Position numbers and translations under genes: made by a program. From the NCBI RefSeq assembly GCF_006345805.1, contig NC_042999.1, positions 86,304,001 to 86,368,000 on the forward strand: 64,000 nucleotides of DNA, read 5' to 3'. Under the pieces are notes generated by a model. It was not told the DNA's origin and ran no database searches. It saw only the letters and a program-made list of their open reading frames with translations. This document shows positions 23,687-36,450 of the stretch, in pieces; within the stretch, counting starts at the first letter, position 1; every line of letters starts with the position of its first letter. The DNA is from Octopus sinensis. Its lineage: Eukaryota.

Positions 23687-24362
23687 ATAATTCATAAATG
23701 AGGGCAAAGGAAAAAATTTCTAATGCCAAATATGCCGAAAAATTGGACATATTGTCTATTAACCATATAATTTTTTCACAATACGCACGTTACTCGAAAA
23801 AAGGTCGACAGAAATTTCTAAAAAATTCCATTATTACCATATCGGACCGATTTCAGAGTTAGCTACTAAGAGCTCTCTCTTCATCAGTGATACATGTGGC
23901 AAAAGAAATAAATGAGATACTTACTCATACCCATGGAAGAAGCAAATACTAAGTCACGGGCACAACTAAGTACCCCAAATACATCCAAAAATAGAAATAC
24001 TTCAGCCCATTCGAGGCACGTGCGATTTGAACTGAGGCTCTCACAGAGTGAGTTAGTTAGTTCGGAAGTGAACGCTTAAATTTATATCAAATTGATATAA
24101 ATTTAAGCGTTCACTTCCATGGGTATGAGTAAGTATCTCATTTATTTCTTTTGCCACATGTATCACTGATGAAGAGAGGGCTCTTAGTAGCTAACTCTGA
24201 AATCGGTCCGATATGGTAATGGAATTTTTTAGAAATTTCTGTCGACCTTTTTTCGAGTAACGTGTGTATTGTGAAAAAATTATATGGTTAATGGACAATA
24301 TGTCTAATTTTTCGGCATATTTGGCATTAGAAATTTTTTCCTTTGCCCTCAATTATGAATTG
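23687..24362. repeat. Long inverted repeat (~250-bp arms, 23687-23939 and 24114-24362) with an inner perfect 27-bp-arm hairpin (24064-24118)
   Basis: The arms are near-exact reverse complements by inspection. Confidence 0.95.
24161..24218 (+). ncRNA. Type I hammerhead ribozyme motif (mirror copy on minus strand at 23835-23892)
   Basis: TATCA-CTGATGA-AGAG..CTCT-GAAA-TCGGTCCGA-TA-TGGTA. Conserved core, 5-bp stem I with one G-U, near-palindromic stem III. Confidence 0.7.
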
Positions 24363-25209
24363 TTTATAAATTTAACCGTTAAAGGTATTTTTTAATATGC
24401 TGGCCATAGATGAAATTTTTTTCGAGAAAATATTCTTTTCGAAAAGAATTTTATCCTCACATTTGATATATATATATATGTTTGTATGTCTGTGTTTTGT
24501 CTTCTCACAAACGCTTGACTACCGATATTGGTGTGTTTACGTCCCTGTAACTTAGCGGTTCGGCAAAGGGGTACGACAGAAAAAGTACTAGGCTTACAAA
24601 GAATAAGTCTTGGGGTCAATTTGTTCGAATAAAAGCTGGTGCTCCAGCATTGCCGCAGTCAAATGACTAAAACAAGTAAAAGCATAAAAGAATAAACACA
24701 CACATACACATACACAAATAAATAAATAAAAATACGCAGCACACAAAGAGACGAAAAATGAATTCAACGACCATCCATGCTGTTAAAACTATTCATTTAA
24801 TCTTTTATATTTTACTTTACAAGCCTTCGACAGAAGGAAAGGAAGGAAGGGATTCCCGACCTTCATTGATCGCCCAAACTACTAAGATTGATAGGTTGTT
24901 CAGCTCCAGTCAGTCGACAGATTCAAATTAATTTTGTTGTCAACTGCTTCACAAATGTAAGTGGATTCAGTGCTGAAATGTATTGCAGTACGGTGTGCTT
25001 TCATGGTCAGCTTATTCTTATTCATCACTTTCCTTTGTGAACTTTCTATTGTTTTTCGGAAACTAATGGTATTTTTAATTAATGATGATGAGAAAGCCAA
25101 CTACTTTGAGGAGTTGAGATATATGAATTGGAGAATTGGATACGTTGTGTCAATAGTATTACAGTTCTGCTAGAAAAACAATGTTTTATCAATCTGTCTG
25201 TCTGTCTGC

Positions 25210-25287
<78 letters not shown>

Positions 25288-25364
25288 GTCTGTCTGTCTG
25301 TCTGTCTTTCTGTCTGTTTTCATATGGTTCTGTGTGTATTTATACATACATGTGTGAGTGTGTA

Positions 25365-25412
<48 letters not shown>

Positions 25413-25458
25413 CACACAACCATATGAAGACAGACAAACATACAGACAGATATAAGTA

Positions 25459-25765
25459 GAAACGCAATGGCCCAGTGGTTAGGGCAGCGGACTCGCGGTT
25501 GTAGGAACGCAGTTTCGCTTCCCAAACCGGGCGTTGTGAGTGTTTATTGAGCGAAAAACCTAAAGGTCTACGAGGCTCCGGCAGTGGTGGGGAGATCCCT
25601 ATTGTACTCTTTCGCCACAACTTTCTCTCACTCTTTCTTCTGTTGGCCTGCTCGCTTAGCCCGCAGGGTGGCGTCATTTGAAGGCTAAAACAATGCGAAG
25701 CGCATTGTGACCAGCGATGTGTAGCAACATCTGATAGCCTGTTCGGTCACGGTGATCACGGTGAT
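25459..25765 (+). mobile_element. Third tRNA-derived SINE family
   Basis: A box TGGCCCAGTGGTTAG, B-box-like GTTTCGCTTCCC, tail GGTCACGGTGATCACGGTGA followed by (TA)n. Confidence 0.7.
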
Positions 25766-26070
25766 ATATATATATATTAGAAAGAATACCAGGCTTTACG
25801 CACACACACACAAAGTACTAGGGTATATTCGTATGTTTGTTTGTGTCTGTGTGTGTGTGTTTGTGTGTATGAAAGAAGTTGAAAATGTATTGGGATTCGT
25901 TTAGATATTTTATTTTAAAATTTTTAAAGAATTAACCGGTTTCATAGGTTTTTCTGATCTTCAAAAGTTGAGATAGAAAGATGTGGAGCTATGCTTCAAA
26001 TGTCTTGCTTCAGTGTACATACATACATACATACATACATACATACATACATACATACATACATACATAC

Positions 26071-26165
<95 letters not shown>

Positions 26166-26559
26166 TTTTCTCTTTTCTGGTCCTTATTCTATCGGTTTTC
26201 GCCGAACCGGTAGGTACGGGAACGTAAACAAACCAACACCATAGTCTTAGTGGGGAAGAGACGCACACAGAAAGACGCGCGCATATTCGCATTTTCTTTG
26301 AGACAGTTTCCATCTTATCCCCCCAGGAGGCTAATAATGATATTTAATTACGTTAAATGCACACAAATGCATAAAAATAATATTTAATTCCATTAGACAT
26401 TCTAAAATACTATTAAATTTCATTCAATTTTAAAAAAGGTAAACTCGGACAGAACTTATGGGATGACCTGATACATATATATATATATATGTAGGTCCCA
26501 GGTTGATTCGGGGTTAACCACAGTAAATAAGGTACTCAATACATAGCAGAGTAAAATTA

Positions 26560-26701
26560 ATTTATTATATAGAAGGAGCTTCTACAGGACTAGAACTGTT
26601 TCATTCAAGAGAAATCTTCAGGAAGCTCTGAAGGGCTTCCTGAAGATTTCTCTTGAATGAAACAGTTCTAGTCCTGTAGAAGCTCCTTCTATATAATAAA
26701 T
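26560..26701. repeat. Perfect 67-bp-arm inverted repeat with 8-nt loop
   Basis: 26560-26626 is the exact reverse complement of 26635-26701. Confidence 0.97.
26633..26685 (+). ncRNA. Type I hammerhead ribozyme motif (mirror copy on minus strand within 26576-26626)
   Basis: GGGCTTC-CTGAAGA-tTTC.tctt.GAAt-GAAA-CAG.ttctagtc.CTG-TA-GAAGCTC. All three stems can form. Confidence 0.75.
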
Positions 26702-26954
26702 ATATATATATATATATATACATACATAATTATATATATATGTATACATACATATATACATACATACAAATTTATATATATACATATATACATATCTTTA
26801 TATATATATTAATATATACATACATATATATATGTATATATATACATACATATATATTTACATATATATATATACAGATAAATATATATATATACATATA
26901 TAAGCATTTATATATATGTATATATATATATATACATATCTATACATATATAAA

Positions 26955-27210
26955 TTTCTTTTACTTTTCTTTTACTGGTTTCAGCCCAGGGTTGATGTAT
27001 GCTGATGCATCACCTGTTGTTACTCGGTTTTGGTTCCGATATTGATTTTGGTGAAGTAGCAAGTTCAACGGAGCTGCTCTTCTTTGCGTCTCCTGCCGCA
27101 ATATCTCAGATAGAAACCAGTCCAGTCGTTCCTCGAAAACTTCCATATCAACACAGTGTAGATCTCTGAGTTTGCCTGGTAGGATGTTGAACGATTGCTG
27201 TCCCTTGAAA
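26955..27210 (-). mobile_element. CR1/L2-like LINE 3' end
   Basis: FNILPGKLRDL..FEERLDWFL C-terminal ORF2 pattern; tail GGGCTGAAACCAGTAAAAG. Confidence 0.7.
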
Positions 27211-27396
27211 CACACACACACACAGACACATGTATGTATGTTATAATATATACACAAAGTATGGGGGTTTAGTTCAGAAGTGATCTAAACGATTAGGCAC
27301 GTTAGGCAAGTGCTGTGACAGATTAATAGGGCTACAATGTTATAGACTAGACAGTATCTATGGATCTACTGCAGATTTCCGATGCAGCGAATATAT

Positions 27397-27847
27397 AATT
27401 GTTAAAGAGGATAACAAACGTAAAGGCAAGGCAAAGACTTCAAGTAGTATACAATATTATTATTGGAAAAAATTCAAAGTCTTACAGCTGTTTCTTTGAT
27501 ATCCCCGAGTATGGGATATCCCATCATCAGAGACAAATGGAGAAAAATAGGGAAAATGAGTATGGTATGTATTAATGAGATGGCTATATAGAAGAAAGTT
27601 GAACTATGAACTTTTATGTTTCTTTTTTCTTCTCTCTCTTCATCTTCTTATTCCTTTACTCCCTTCCTTTTTGTCGTCATCTCGTTAACATATACCATTT
27701 TCATTTTCTCTATTTGTGTCTGATGAAGGAATATCCCATACTCGGGAATATTCTAGAAATAGCTATAAAACCTTGATTTTTTCTAATAATAATATTGTAT
27801 ATGACTTGAGATGTTTGCCTTGCCTTAACGTTGTTGTCCGCTTTAAC

Positions 27848-27851
<4 letters not shown>
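27397..27851. repeat. Diverged inverted repeat (~190-bp arms), Penelope pLTR-like, each arm with a hammerhead motif
   Basis: 27397-~27590 versus ~27673-27851 in reverse complement, with many substitutions. Confidence 0.85.
27479..27534 (-). ncRNA. Minimal type I hammerhead ribozyme motif (weaker + strand copy at 27716-27771)
   Basis: Minus strand: GTCT-CTGATGA-..GATATCCC.atactcg.GGGATATC..-GAAA-CAGCTG-TA-AGAC. 4-bp stem I, 8-bp stem II, palindromic stem III. Confidence 0.75.
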
Positions 27852-27912
<61 letters not shown>

Positions 27913-28314
27913 TATATACGCAATAGTGGGCATTAAAACGTTCGGACAGATAGACGACACTAAGACGGACAAGAGAAACAACAATTAGAAGGAGAGGCAA
28001 AAAAGACGGGCCATTCTTGTCTTTCTTTCATCAGTCAAGTACCAGAAGTCCCGACCATTTCGGACAGTTACACTCGAGATGGTTCGATCTGGTTGTCCCC
28101 CAAAAAGTCTAAGCTAAGATCATTAGACCCCTTTGTAAGAAAGCTAGCCAATGTCTACGGCAACAAATACGAAAGACAATCAAACAAAAAAAACGGAGAA
28201 CTTGGTACACAATTATGAATACAACAACAAGAAATAACAACAGGCGTCTTGCGACTGAGAAATATTCAAATTGTTCTGGCGTGTATGAAGTAAAAGCCTA
28301 AAGGCAGGAACATA

Positions 28315-28359
<45 letters not shown>

Positions 28360-28489
28360 GTATATATATATAATATATATATATACATATGTATATATAT
28401 ATATATATATATATACATATGTATATGTATATATATATATATATACACATATACATATGTATCTGTACATATATATACACATATCGTTG

Positions 28490-28525
<36 letters not shown>

Positions 28526-28808
28526 TGTGCATATATATGTATATATATGTGTATATATGCACGAACACGATAATACTTGTCTAAGTATTAATCTTCCTTT
28601 AATCTTCTTTCTTTTCCCTCTAAGCAGTTACAACAGCGAAAGCTTATTACGTTATTCTATCTAGACTGGAACGAATGTTTTACTCGTTCATGATTGAATT
28701 TTTTGCGTTACTACAATATTTGTTACTTTTATTCATTCTCGAACTGGATGGTCATATAACAGCAAGTCAGCCGACACAAAAATTATCAAGTGAGACTTCT
28801 TTATCAAA

Positions 28809-28853
28809 ATACTAGAAGAGACTCAGGCTGATGGGTCGAAACATATGTCGTAC
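28809..28853 (+). ncRNA. Degenerate hammerhead motif
   Basis: TAGAAGA (mutated core)-GACT..GGTC-GAAA-CATATG-TC. Confidence 0.4.
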
Positions 28854-28896
28854 CTAGTAAAAGTCTAATACGAAATCCATCTCCTACTATTAAGTA

Positions 28897-28947
<51 letters not shown>

Positions 28948-29621
28948 CTCTCTCTCTCTCTCTCTCTTTATATATATATATATATTTATATACACACACA
29001 TAATATACACACACTTGTATGTATGAATGTATGGTTCACAATTGTAGTAATGTGCAATAACACACGAGTAAATTGTTGATCCATTTTTACTAATAGCTGT
29101 GAGCTTTCGTGCGTTTATTCAGTGTACAAACTATTCCCATTAGTCTTCTTTGTCGCCTGAGTGACATAAAGGGTGACAATGTGAATCACCGTTGCGGTAC
29201 GATTTTCCTAACCACACAGTCACGCTTACACCAATATCAAAGGTCGTACGTACATAATATATACATTAAACAATATATATTGGTGGAGTGACGCTATAAC
29301 ACCGCGCCTAGTAACTTCTGTAATTTGCATTTTTTAGAAAATCTCTTTAAAATTCTTAAAGAAAAGAATCATTTTTATATTTTATCCTTTCATGTTATGG
29401 TAGACCCAGCCTTCAGGTAGAATTTTTCTATTGATTCTATTTATGGAATGATATTGAAAAGCAAGAAAAATTTTAAGAAATAAATATGAACCGTGAATCT
29501 TTTACAATCAACTGGAATAAAATAACATATTCAGGTAGACTTAACGTGATTCATTTTCAACAAATTAACCACACTCTGGATAACGCCGGGTATCCGATTA
29601 TATGTGTTGAGTGTGTGTGAT

Positions 29622-29653
<32 letters not shown>

Positions 29654-29776
29654 TGTATGTATGTATGTATGTATATGTATATGTGCGTGTATATATATAT
29701 ATACACACACATATATATGTGTGTGCAAGCATGTATGTGTATATATATGTATGTGTATATATATGTATATGTATGC

Positions 29777-29811
<35 letters not shown>

Positions 29812-29817
29812 TATCCG

Positions 29818-30178
29818 TAAATCCTTAAATCCTTAAAAATGTTTTAGCCCGAAGGCCGCGGTCATGCTGGGGCACCACCGCTGAATGAGCTACACTAGTT
29901 TGTGAATCCACCTCTGATACGTGGCACTTGATCAACAAGGGAGTTCGATGCTGCTGCCCGCATCCGTGTCTCCTGTCGTGAGGTAGGTTCATCTGGGACT
30001 CCCAACAAGAAGAGATCCAGTTTAGTTTTAAAGAAACCCACATCCACACCATGTAAGTCTCTCAGGCATTTAGGGAGGATGTTAAAGAGCTGTGGTCCTC
30101 TGAAACCCAAGCTGTTGCAGTATCTGGACCTGTATTTTGATGGTGATGTTGGAATCCTTGGCACCACGCAGCGGCGCC

Positions 30179-30180
<2 letters not shown>
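29818..30180 (-). mobile_element. CR1/L2-like LINE 3' end inserted in (TA)n
   Basis: ORF track 29895..30182: [35 protein letters not shown]. Tail GGTGCCCCAGCATGACCGC..(TTAAGGAT)n. Confidence 0.8.
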
Positions 30181-30258
<78 letters not shown>

Positions 30259-30268
30259 TTATATATGC

Positions 30269-30328
<60 letters not shown>

Positions 30329-30426
30329 TATATTTGCATATATATTTACATATTTGTATGTATATTTATATATGCATATATATATTTATATATTTATATT
30401 TGTATATATATATGTATCTATACATA

Positions 30427-30600
30427 TCAAATTGAGAATGTCTGTCTGTATGTGTGCATCACTAAAACTCGAGAACTACCCAACCGATTTCATTCCAATT
30501 CTACAGATGCTTTATTTAGGGTCCATGCAGTATCATGGGCCCTAATGCGAGCCTGGAGCAATCTCTTATTTCTTACACTATTTCAGTACTACATATCAAA
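30427..30600 (+). mobile_element. Possible non-autonomous Helitron/Helentron fragment
   Basis: ATGTCTGTCTGTATGTG..AACTCGAGAACTACCCAACCGATTTCATT resembles DINE/HINE-type 5' segments; termini not verified. Confidence 0.35.
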
Positions 30601-30905
30601 AGTGAAACAATAATATCTCTATTGTAATGTGAGATAGTACCTTCAGTTTTAATCGTTTCAATATTAATACTTTCAATAAGTATATAATATATATATAGTG
30701 AAGCTATTAATACTCAAACTATTATCTCACTCATATACATATGCATATATATATATAACATGTATATATTTATATATATGTATATAAATGTGTATATATA
30801 TATATATGTATGTATATAGATATGTATATATATGTATATATATACATATATATGTATATAAATATATATATATGTATATATATATGTATATATGTATATA
30901 TATGT

Positions 30906-30966
<61 letters not shown>

Positions 30967-31227
30967 ATATATGTATATATATATGTTTATATCTACATAT
31001 ATGTATGTACATATGAATATAAAGTTATATATGTATATATACATATATATTGTATGAATATATATATATACATGTATATAGATATGTATATATATAGATA
31101 GATATAGATACATGTATATATATATATACACATGTACATATATGTATATATACATGTATATATATATGCATATATACATATGTATATGCATGCATATGTG
31201 CGTATATATATATTTATTTGTATATAT

Positions 31228-31275
<48 letters not shown>

Positions 31276-31357
31276 TCATATATATGTTTATATATATATG
31301 TTTATATATATATATGTGCTTGTGTGTGTGTGTGTGTGTCCTTGTGTCTGTGTGTGT

Positions 31358-31545
31358 AGCCCACCATCGCTAGATAAACGATGTTGCTGTGGTTACGTCC
31401 CCGTAACTTCACCGTTTGGCAAAACAAACCGATATAATAAATTCTATTACGTAGAAAGAACAAATCCTGGGTCGATTTCCTCTGTTGAAGGCGGTGCTTC
31501 CGCATGGCCGCAGTCACGTGACCGAAACTAGTAAAACAGTAAAAA
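31358..31545 (+). mobile_element. CORE-type SINE body and tail
   Basis: GTTACGTCCCCGTAACTT..GGCGGTGCTTCCGCATGGCCGCAGTCACGTGACCGAAACTAGTAAAAC. Confidence 0.7.
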
Positions 31546-31577
31546 GGTATGCCATTTTATTACTATTATAAACGCTG

Positions 31578-31646
<69 letters not shown>

Positions 31647-31654
31647 TATATATA

Positions 31655-31706
31655 CAGCATGGCTGCGGCCTTCGGGCTGAAACATTTTTAAGGATTTAAG
31701 GATTTA
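31655..31706 (+). mobile_element. 52-bp tail-only copy of the CR1-like LINE inside (TA)n
   Basis: CAGCATGGCTGCGGCCTTCGGGCTGAAACATTTTTAAGGATTTAAGGATTTA is the reverse complement of 29818-29868 with few changes. Confidence 0.8.
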
Positions 31707-31810
31707 TACATATACATATATACACATATATAAATATACATATACATTTATAAATAAGTATATACATATAAATATGTATATATGTATCTATGTGTATATA
31801 TATTATCTAT

Positions 31811-31871
<61 letters not shown>

Positions 31872-32021
31872 TATTTATATATGTATATATGTATTTATTT
31901 ATGGATGTATATGTATATATATTTATATGTGTATATATATCTGTGTGGATATATGTATATATATATTTATAAATGTATATAAAATTATTTATATTTGTGC
32001 GTATATATAAATATTTATATT

Positions 32022-32066
<45 letters not shown>

Positions 32067-32074
<8 letters not shown>

Positions 32075-32210
32075 TATATTGAGGGTACTACTATTCGTAG
32101 ATACCAACACGCTAAGAGGGACCAATGTAGTTTTTAGTAGTTTTGACCGCATTGGTCCCTCTTAGCGTGTTGGTATCTACGAATAGTAGTACCCTCAATA
32201 TAATATAAAT
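32067..32210. repeat. Perfect 61-bp-arm inverted repeat with 22-nt loop, abutting (TA)n
   Basis: 32067-32127 is the reverse complement of 32150-32210. Confidence 0.95.
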
Positions 32211-32323
32211 GAATATTTTCAAAGAGGAAGAATTTACGGATTTTTTCTGTTACGCGGTTTTTCACGCTGACTACTGATAATTTCTTTTAAAGATTTTATC
32301 CTCAATTGTTAATATATATATAC

Positions 32324-32405
<82 letters not shown>

Positions 32406-34012
32406 GTACATTCTTTACTTGTCTTTCTTATGTATGTTAAAACTATTGTTTAAGCATTGTGATAGAATTGTTCAATAATGATGGTGACATACTGTTTCAA
32501 GAAATGAGAAAATTTAAGTAACCTTCATCATCAGAATTTAACGGCTTAAAAAATATACACACGTAAATCCTGCTATAGTAATTACAAAAATTGAGAAATA
32601 GGATTTACATTTCCACCTACTATTACCATGTTCGATTTCACTGCGAAACCTCTTGCCTATATTTCTTTTACACTAGCACTGGGTTGGCTAAATGCTTGGG
32701 AATGAAATTTTGTAAACGTAAACTATGCACAAGTCCATCAGATGAGCGCGAGTAGACAAGCGTTGATATCCAGCAGACAGATCGGTTGTTCATGTCCTCA
32801 CCGAACAGTCAACATCGCCCACTCAGTAGCAATGGGTTTCTATTCAAATATGCTTGCATAACAATCTGTACAAGTGAGATGGCCTACATGCCTCTAAAGA
32901 AGTTTCCAAGAAGCTCTAACTTTCGGCGCAAGAATTCTAGGCGATGTGTTGTCTTTCATAGAATTTGATGATTTATTTCACAAACAGAAATTATATTCAT
33001 CATTTTGGAAATAATATTTAATGTTTTTAAATTAATATATTTTCTCTAAAACAATTCCGACTTTATTAACCGTCTTATTAAATTTAGAGTGGTTTGTCCT
33101 GTTTGAAAAATATAGATATGGATTAGTGATGTTTTGAAATATAAGGGTTTCGCGGGAAAATTAGTTTGGAAGTCTCTGCTATTGAGCAAGTCTTTCAGCG
33201 TGCTGAATAACACAATTCCCTCTAACTGACTCCTATAAAAATAATTTTTCTTTTAGTCAAATAAAAATTAATCAGCATTTTATATAGTTAATATTTAAAC
33301 ATGTAAAATAAGCTTCTGGTGATCGAGTCCTGAATTTTCTTTCGATGCTTGTTTGAAAGTTTTTTTTGTTTTATCTTACGTTCTCATGAACAGAATTTAG
33401 TGTTTCTTTTTCCACTAAAAATATGGAGCTTTTGAGTTTACACCCGTGAACTTTAATACCCATCCACCAAGTAATGGTCTTTAAATCTAATAACCATTAG
33501 TTATTATCTATTAATTAACTTGTCTCAATAACTGAAAAAAAAATCGGTTTCAGTAAGCAAGTTACTGATATCCGTTTTAAAAATATCAAATTGCTATTCA
33601 CTAAGAAAGAAATACAGTAATTGATAAAAAAATCCTCCTTTCATTTACAGTGCAATATTTGAACTATAGTAGTCCTCTTTCATCACCGCTCAAGAACGAT
33701 ATGTAATGAAGAGGTAAAACAAGGGAGCATGTGTTACATCTTATGGTCTTGGCTGTTTCTTAACTACACGCATTAGCTAAATTACCGGTCTTTGGCCACT
33801 TTGGATCAAACACGCAGACACACACACGCACGCGCGCATAAATTGTCTGGATATAGAGCAAGAGAGAGTGTCATTAGGTACGAATATGAAGTACGTCTGC
33901 TTTGATATTCGTGTGATCTCTCAAATACTAATGAGTCTGATGATAGTGTTTGATGTTGTGTAAGTCTGAAGGAGCTAGAATACTATCACACTATCACGGC
34001 ACTTTTGTCGCA

Positions 34013-34071
<59 letters not shown>

Positions 34072-35475
34072 TACACACAATTATATGCATATGCATGTGC
34101 GCGCAAACACGCACACTTACACACATACTTACACGCGCACACATACACGTAATGACTAACATAAACGTATATATTCTATTTATTTTCCCGTACACATTAA
34201 TTCATATTTCTAAAGATGTAGTGAGAGATAAATTATGCACACACGCACCTCAGCAGGCAAACCGAGTGAAATACAGAGTTACCATTTTCGTGTCACTGGA
34301 AAAGGCCAAAAAGGCCGAAATGCATCTGGCGATCTTGCTGACCGATGCTGGGACGACTTTTTATTTTCCTCCAGTGTTTACAACACACTACTTCCATAAG
34401 ATATCTCAGGACAAATACCACAGTAACTGACCTATCAACAGTGAATATACATTAAATATGATACCTAAATGATTAGTCAATTTGAATACTGCCTCGGTTA
34501 TACATAACGGATATTATTTTCAGCCAGGCGGCTGTTTGCAACTCCAGTGAATGTTTTATTCCGTTTCCAATATCATAGGCGATACATTCTTGCTTAACAA
34601 AACCGAAATGCATCAGACGTTCTAGCTGTTGGACAAAATTTTCATCTCCCTTCAATATTTATTGAGTTTTTAACACAGTACGCCGATATGAGATGTTAGC
34701 TTAGGACAGTAACCGGTCTATCAACAGTGTTTATACATTTCGTATAGAAGGCTGTATATACTTTGCTTTGTCTTTTCCGTGTTATTTCACTAAAGACGTT
34801 ATGAATATTACTGTTCTGAAATTGATTTTGTTTGTTTGGTTTTAGTTCTCTCTTTACGAAGCATTTATTGATGTTACTATAATAAGAGGAATTTTAAATT
34901 TTCTAACGGAACGAACCAAAATTAAAATACGGTGTTCATTACATCAAGTAGAAAATGGTATTATATATATAGGAGCAGCGAATCTTGAAGCAAGTGAAGC
35001 TATAACTAATGAATTCAAACTCCCTTTGGATAAAAGTTGGATGCTACTCATGGGACTCCAATCCACATATCTTGTAAACATGACAGGCGTTCTATTATTG
35101 GACTAAAGCAGCCCTTCGAAGTTCTCCATCCATTTTAGAAGCTTATTCTTACCAGTGAGAATTGTATGCAAACGTCGTAAGATTTTAGAAACTTCGAGAG
35201 TGTGAAACAATTCTTTTAGGAACGATGAATCTCGAAGCAAATAAAGCTAAAAGTAAATACTGGGTGTATTAAATTCCAGTCGCAAGTATTGGTATATTCA
35301 AATCTATGGTAGTAAACAATTGCCTATAAGGGAGCGTTGTGAAATCGAATTCGGAGTTAGATTGTTGCGAAATTAGCAACACGACCTCTACAATCATTCA
35401 TACACGCATAAAATAAACTACAACTACTAACGCATAAAGGAAAAGTCCAACACAAATTAAGAGGACTAGTAATAT

Positions 35476-35690
35476 TGGTTTCAAAGTTTGGCCCAAGGCC
35501 AACAAGTTAGGGAGAGTAGGGTAAGTCGATTGTATCAGCCCTAATGCTCAATTGATATTTATTTTATTGACCCCAAAGGATTAAAGGCAAAGTCGACCTC
35601 GGCAGACTTTGAACTCAGAACGTAAAGATCGACGAAATACCGCTATGCATTTTGCTCGGTGCGCTGACGATACTGCCATCTAGCCACCTT
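35476..35690 (-). mobile_element. tRNA SINE, full length, diverged
   Basis: Reverse complement of family head, body and tail. Confidence 0.8.
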
Positions 35691-36450
35691 ACGGAATACT
35701 AATATTAATTAATACGTATATTTACTTTTCTTATAAAGTAACGACTGGAACAAAGTGGGGCCCTTTTCACTATCATGGGGGACAGGGAGGTGGGGTGAAG
35801 GCGAATTGCTACTACATTAGAACTGAGAGTGCACAACTATTCTGTGAAAAATTATGAATTTTTAAATTAAAAATTCATTAGATTAAATAATTAAAATGTT
35901 ATAAAGCATTAATTAACGAAATAGTTACATTACTTTAAATATTGAAACACCAAACATGTCACAGAGTATAATGAGTGGCGTCAGGTTATTCAAAACTCTT
36001 GGCAAAAGTGAAAGGGTAAAGAGAAAGTTATGCAACCGTAGTTAAATAACAAGACGGGCAATTGGTAAAGTCGTTCGTGTGCCGGATAGTTTGCTTTGTA
36101 GCTATCATTTCGGCTCTCTGCTCTCGGGGTTCAAATCCTGTCGCGGGGTCAATAAATAAAGTATCACACTTTTGCACTGGCATCGATCCTTCTTTGTCTT
36201 TTGGGATGTTACGATGAGGCCCTTTCGATCTCATTAGGGAGTTGAGAGGCAAGTTAAATCATATACTTAGTAAAATGCAAAATGAATATTCATCTTCTTT
36301 CAATGCATATAGTATGATAGCTTCTATTATTTGGTATAATTAGAACTCATTTCTGCAACTTGTACAAAAGTCATATTCATTAAAAAGTTCGACCATTTAT
36401 ATTTTGTGTTGACATTAATAATGCGACTACTAATATTTGCTCATTTCCGA

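Larger units (their letters stand above)
23543..24690 (+). mobile_element. CORE-type SINE split at its internal (TA)n by a fold-back insertion
   Basis: Head at 23543-23686 ends CCCGTCGTATATATA; body and tail resume at ~24465 and end CAAGTAAAAGCATAAAAG. Confidence 0.75.
25200..34140. repeat. Microsatellite-dense domain: pure and cryptic (TA)n, (TATG)n, (CATA)n, (CTAT)n, (CA)n
   Basis: Direct inspection; this domain is the source of nearly all YI/CV-repeat ORFs in the track. Confidence 0.95.

Noticed and set aside
27930-28090. CTGATGA and GAAA motifs on the minus strand
   Set aside because: Could not build three consistent hammerhead stems.
25200-34200. Dozens of [12 protein letters not shown] ORFs
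   Set aside because: Translations of microsatellites that lack stop codons; not genes.
34270-34380. Minus-strand peptide RSPDAFRPFWPFPVTRK resembling a neuropeptide
   Set aside because: In-frame stop just upstream, no good acceptor and no signal peptide.
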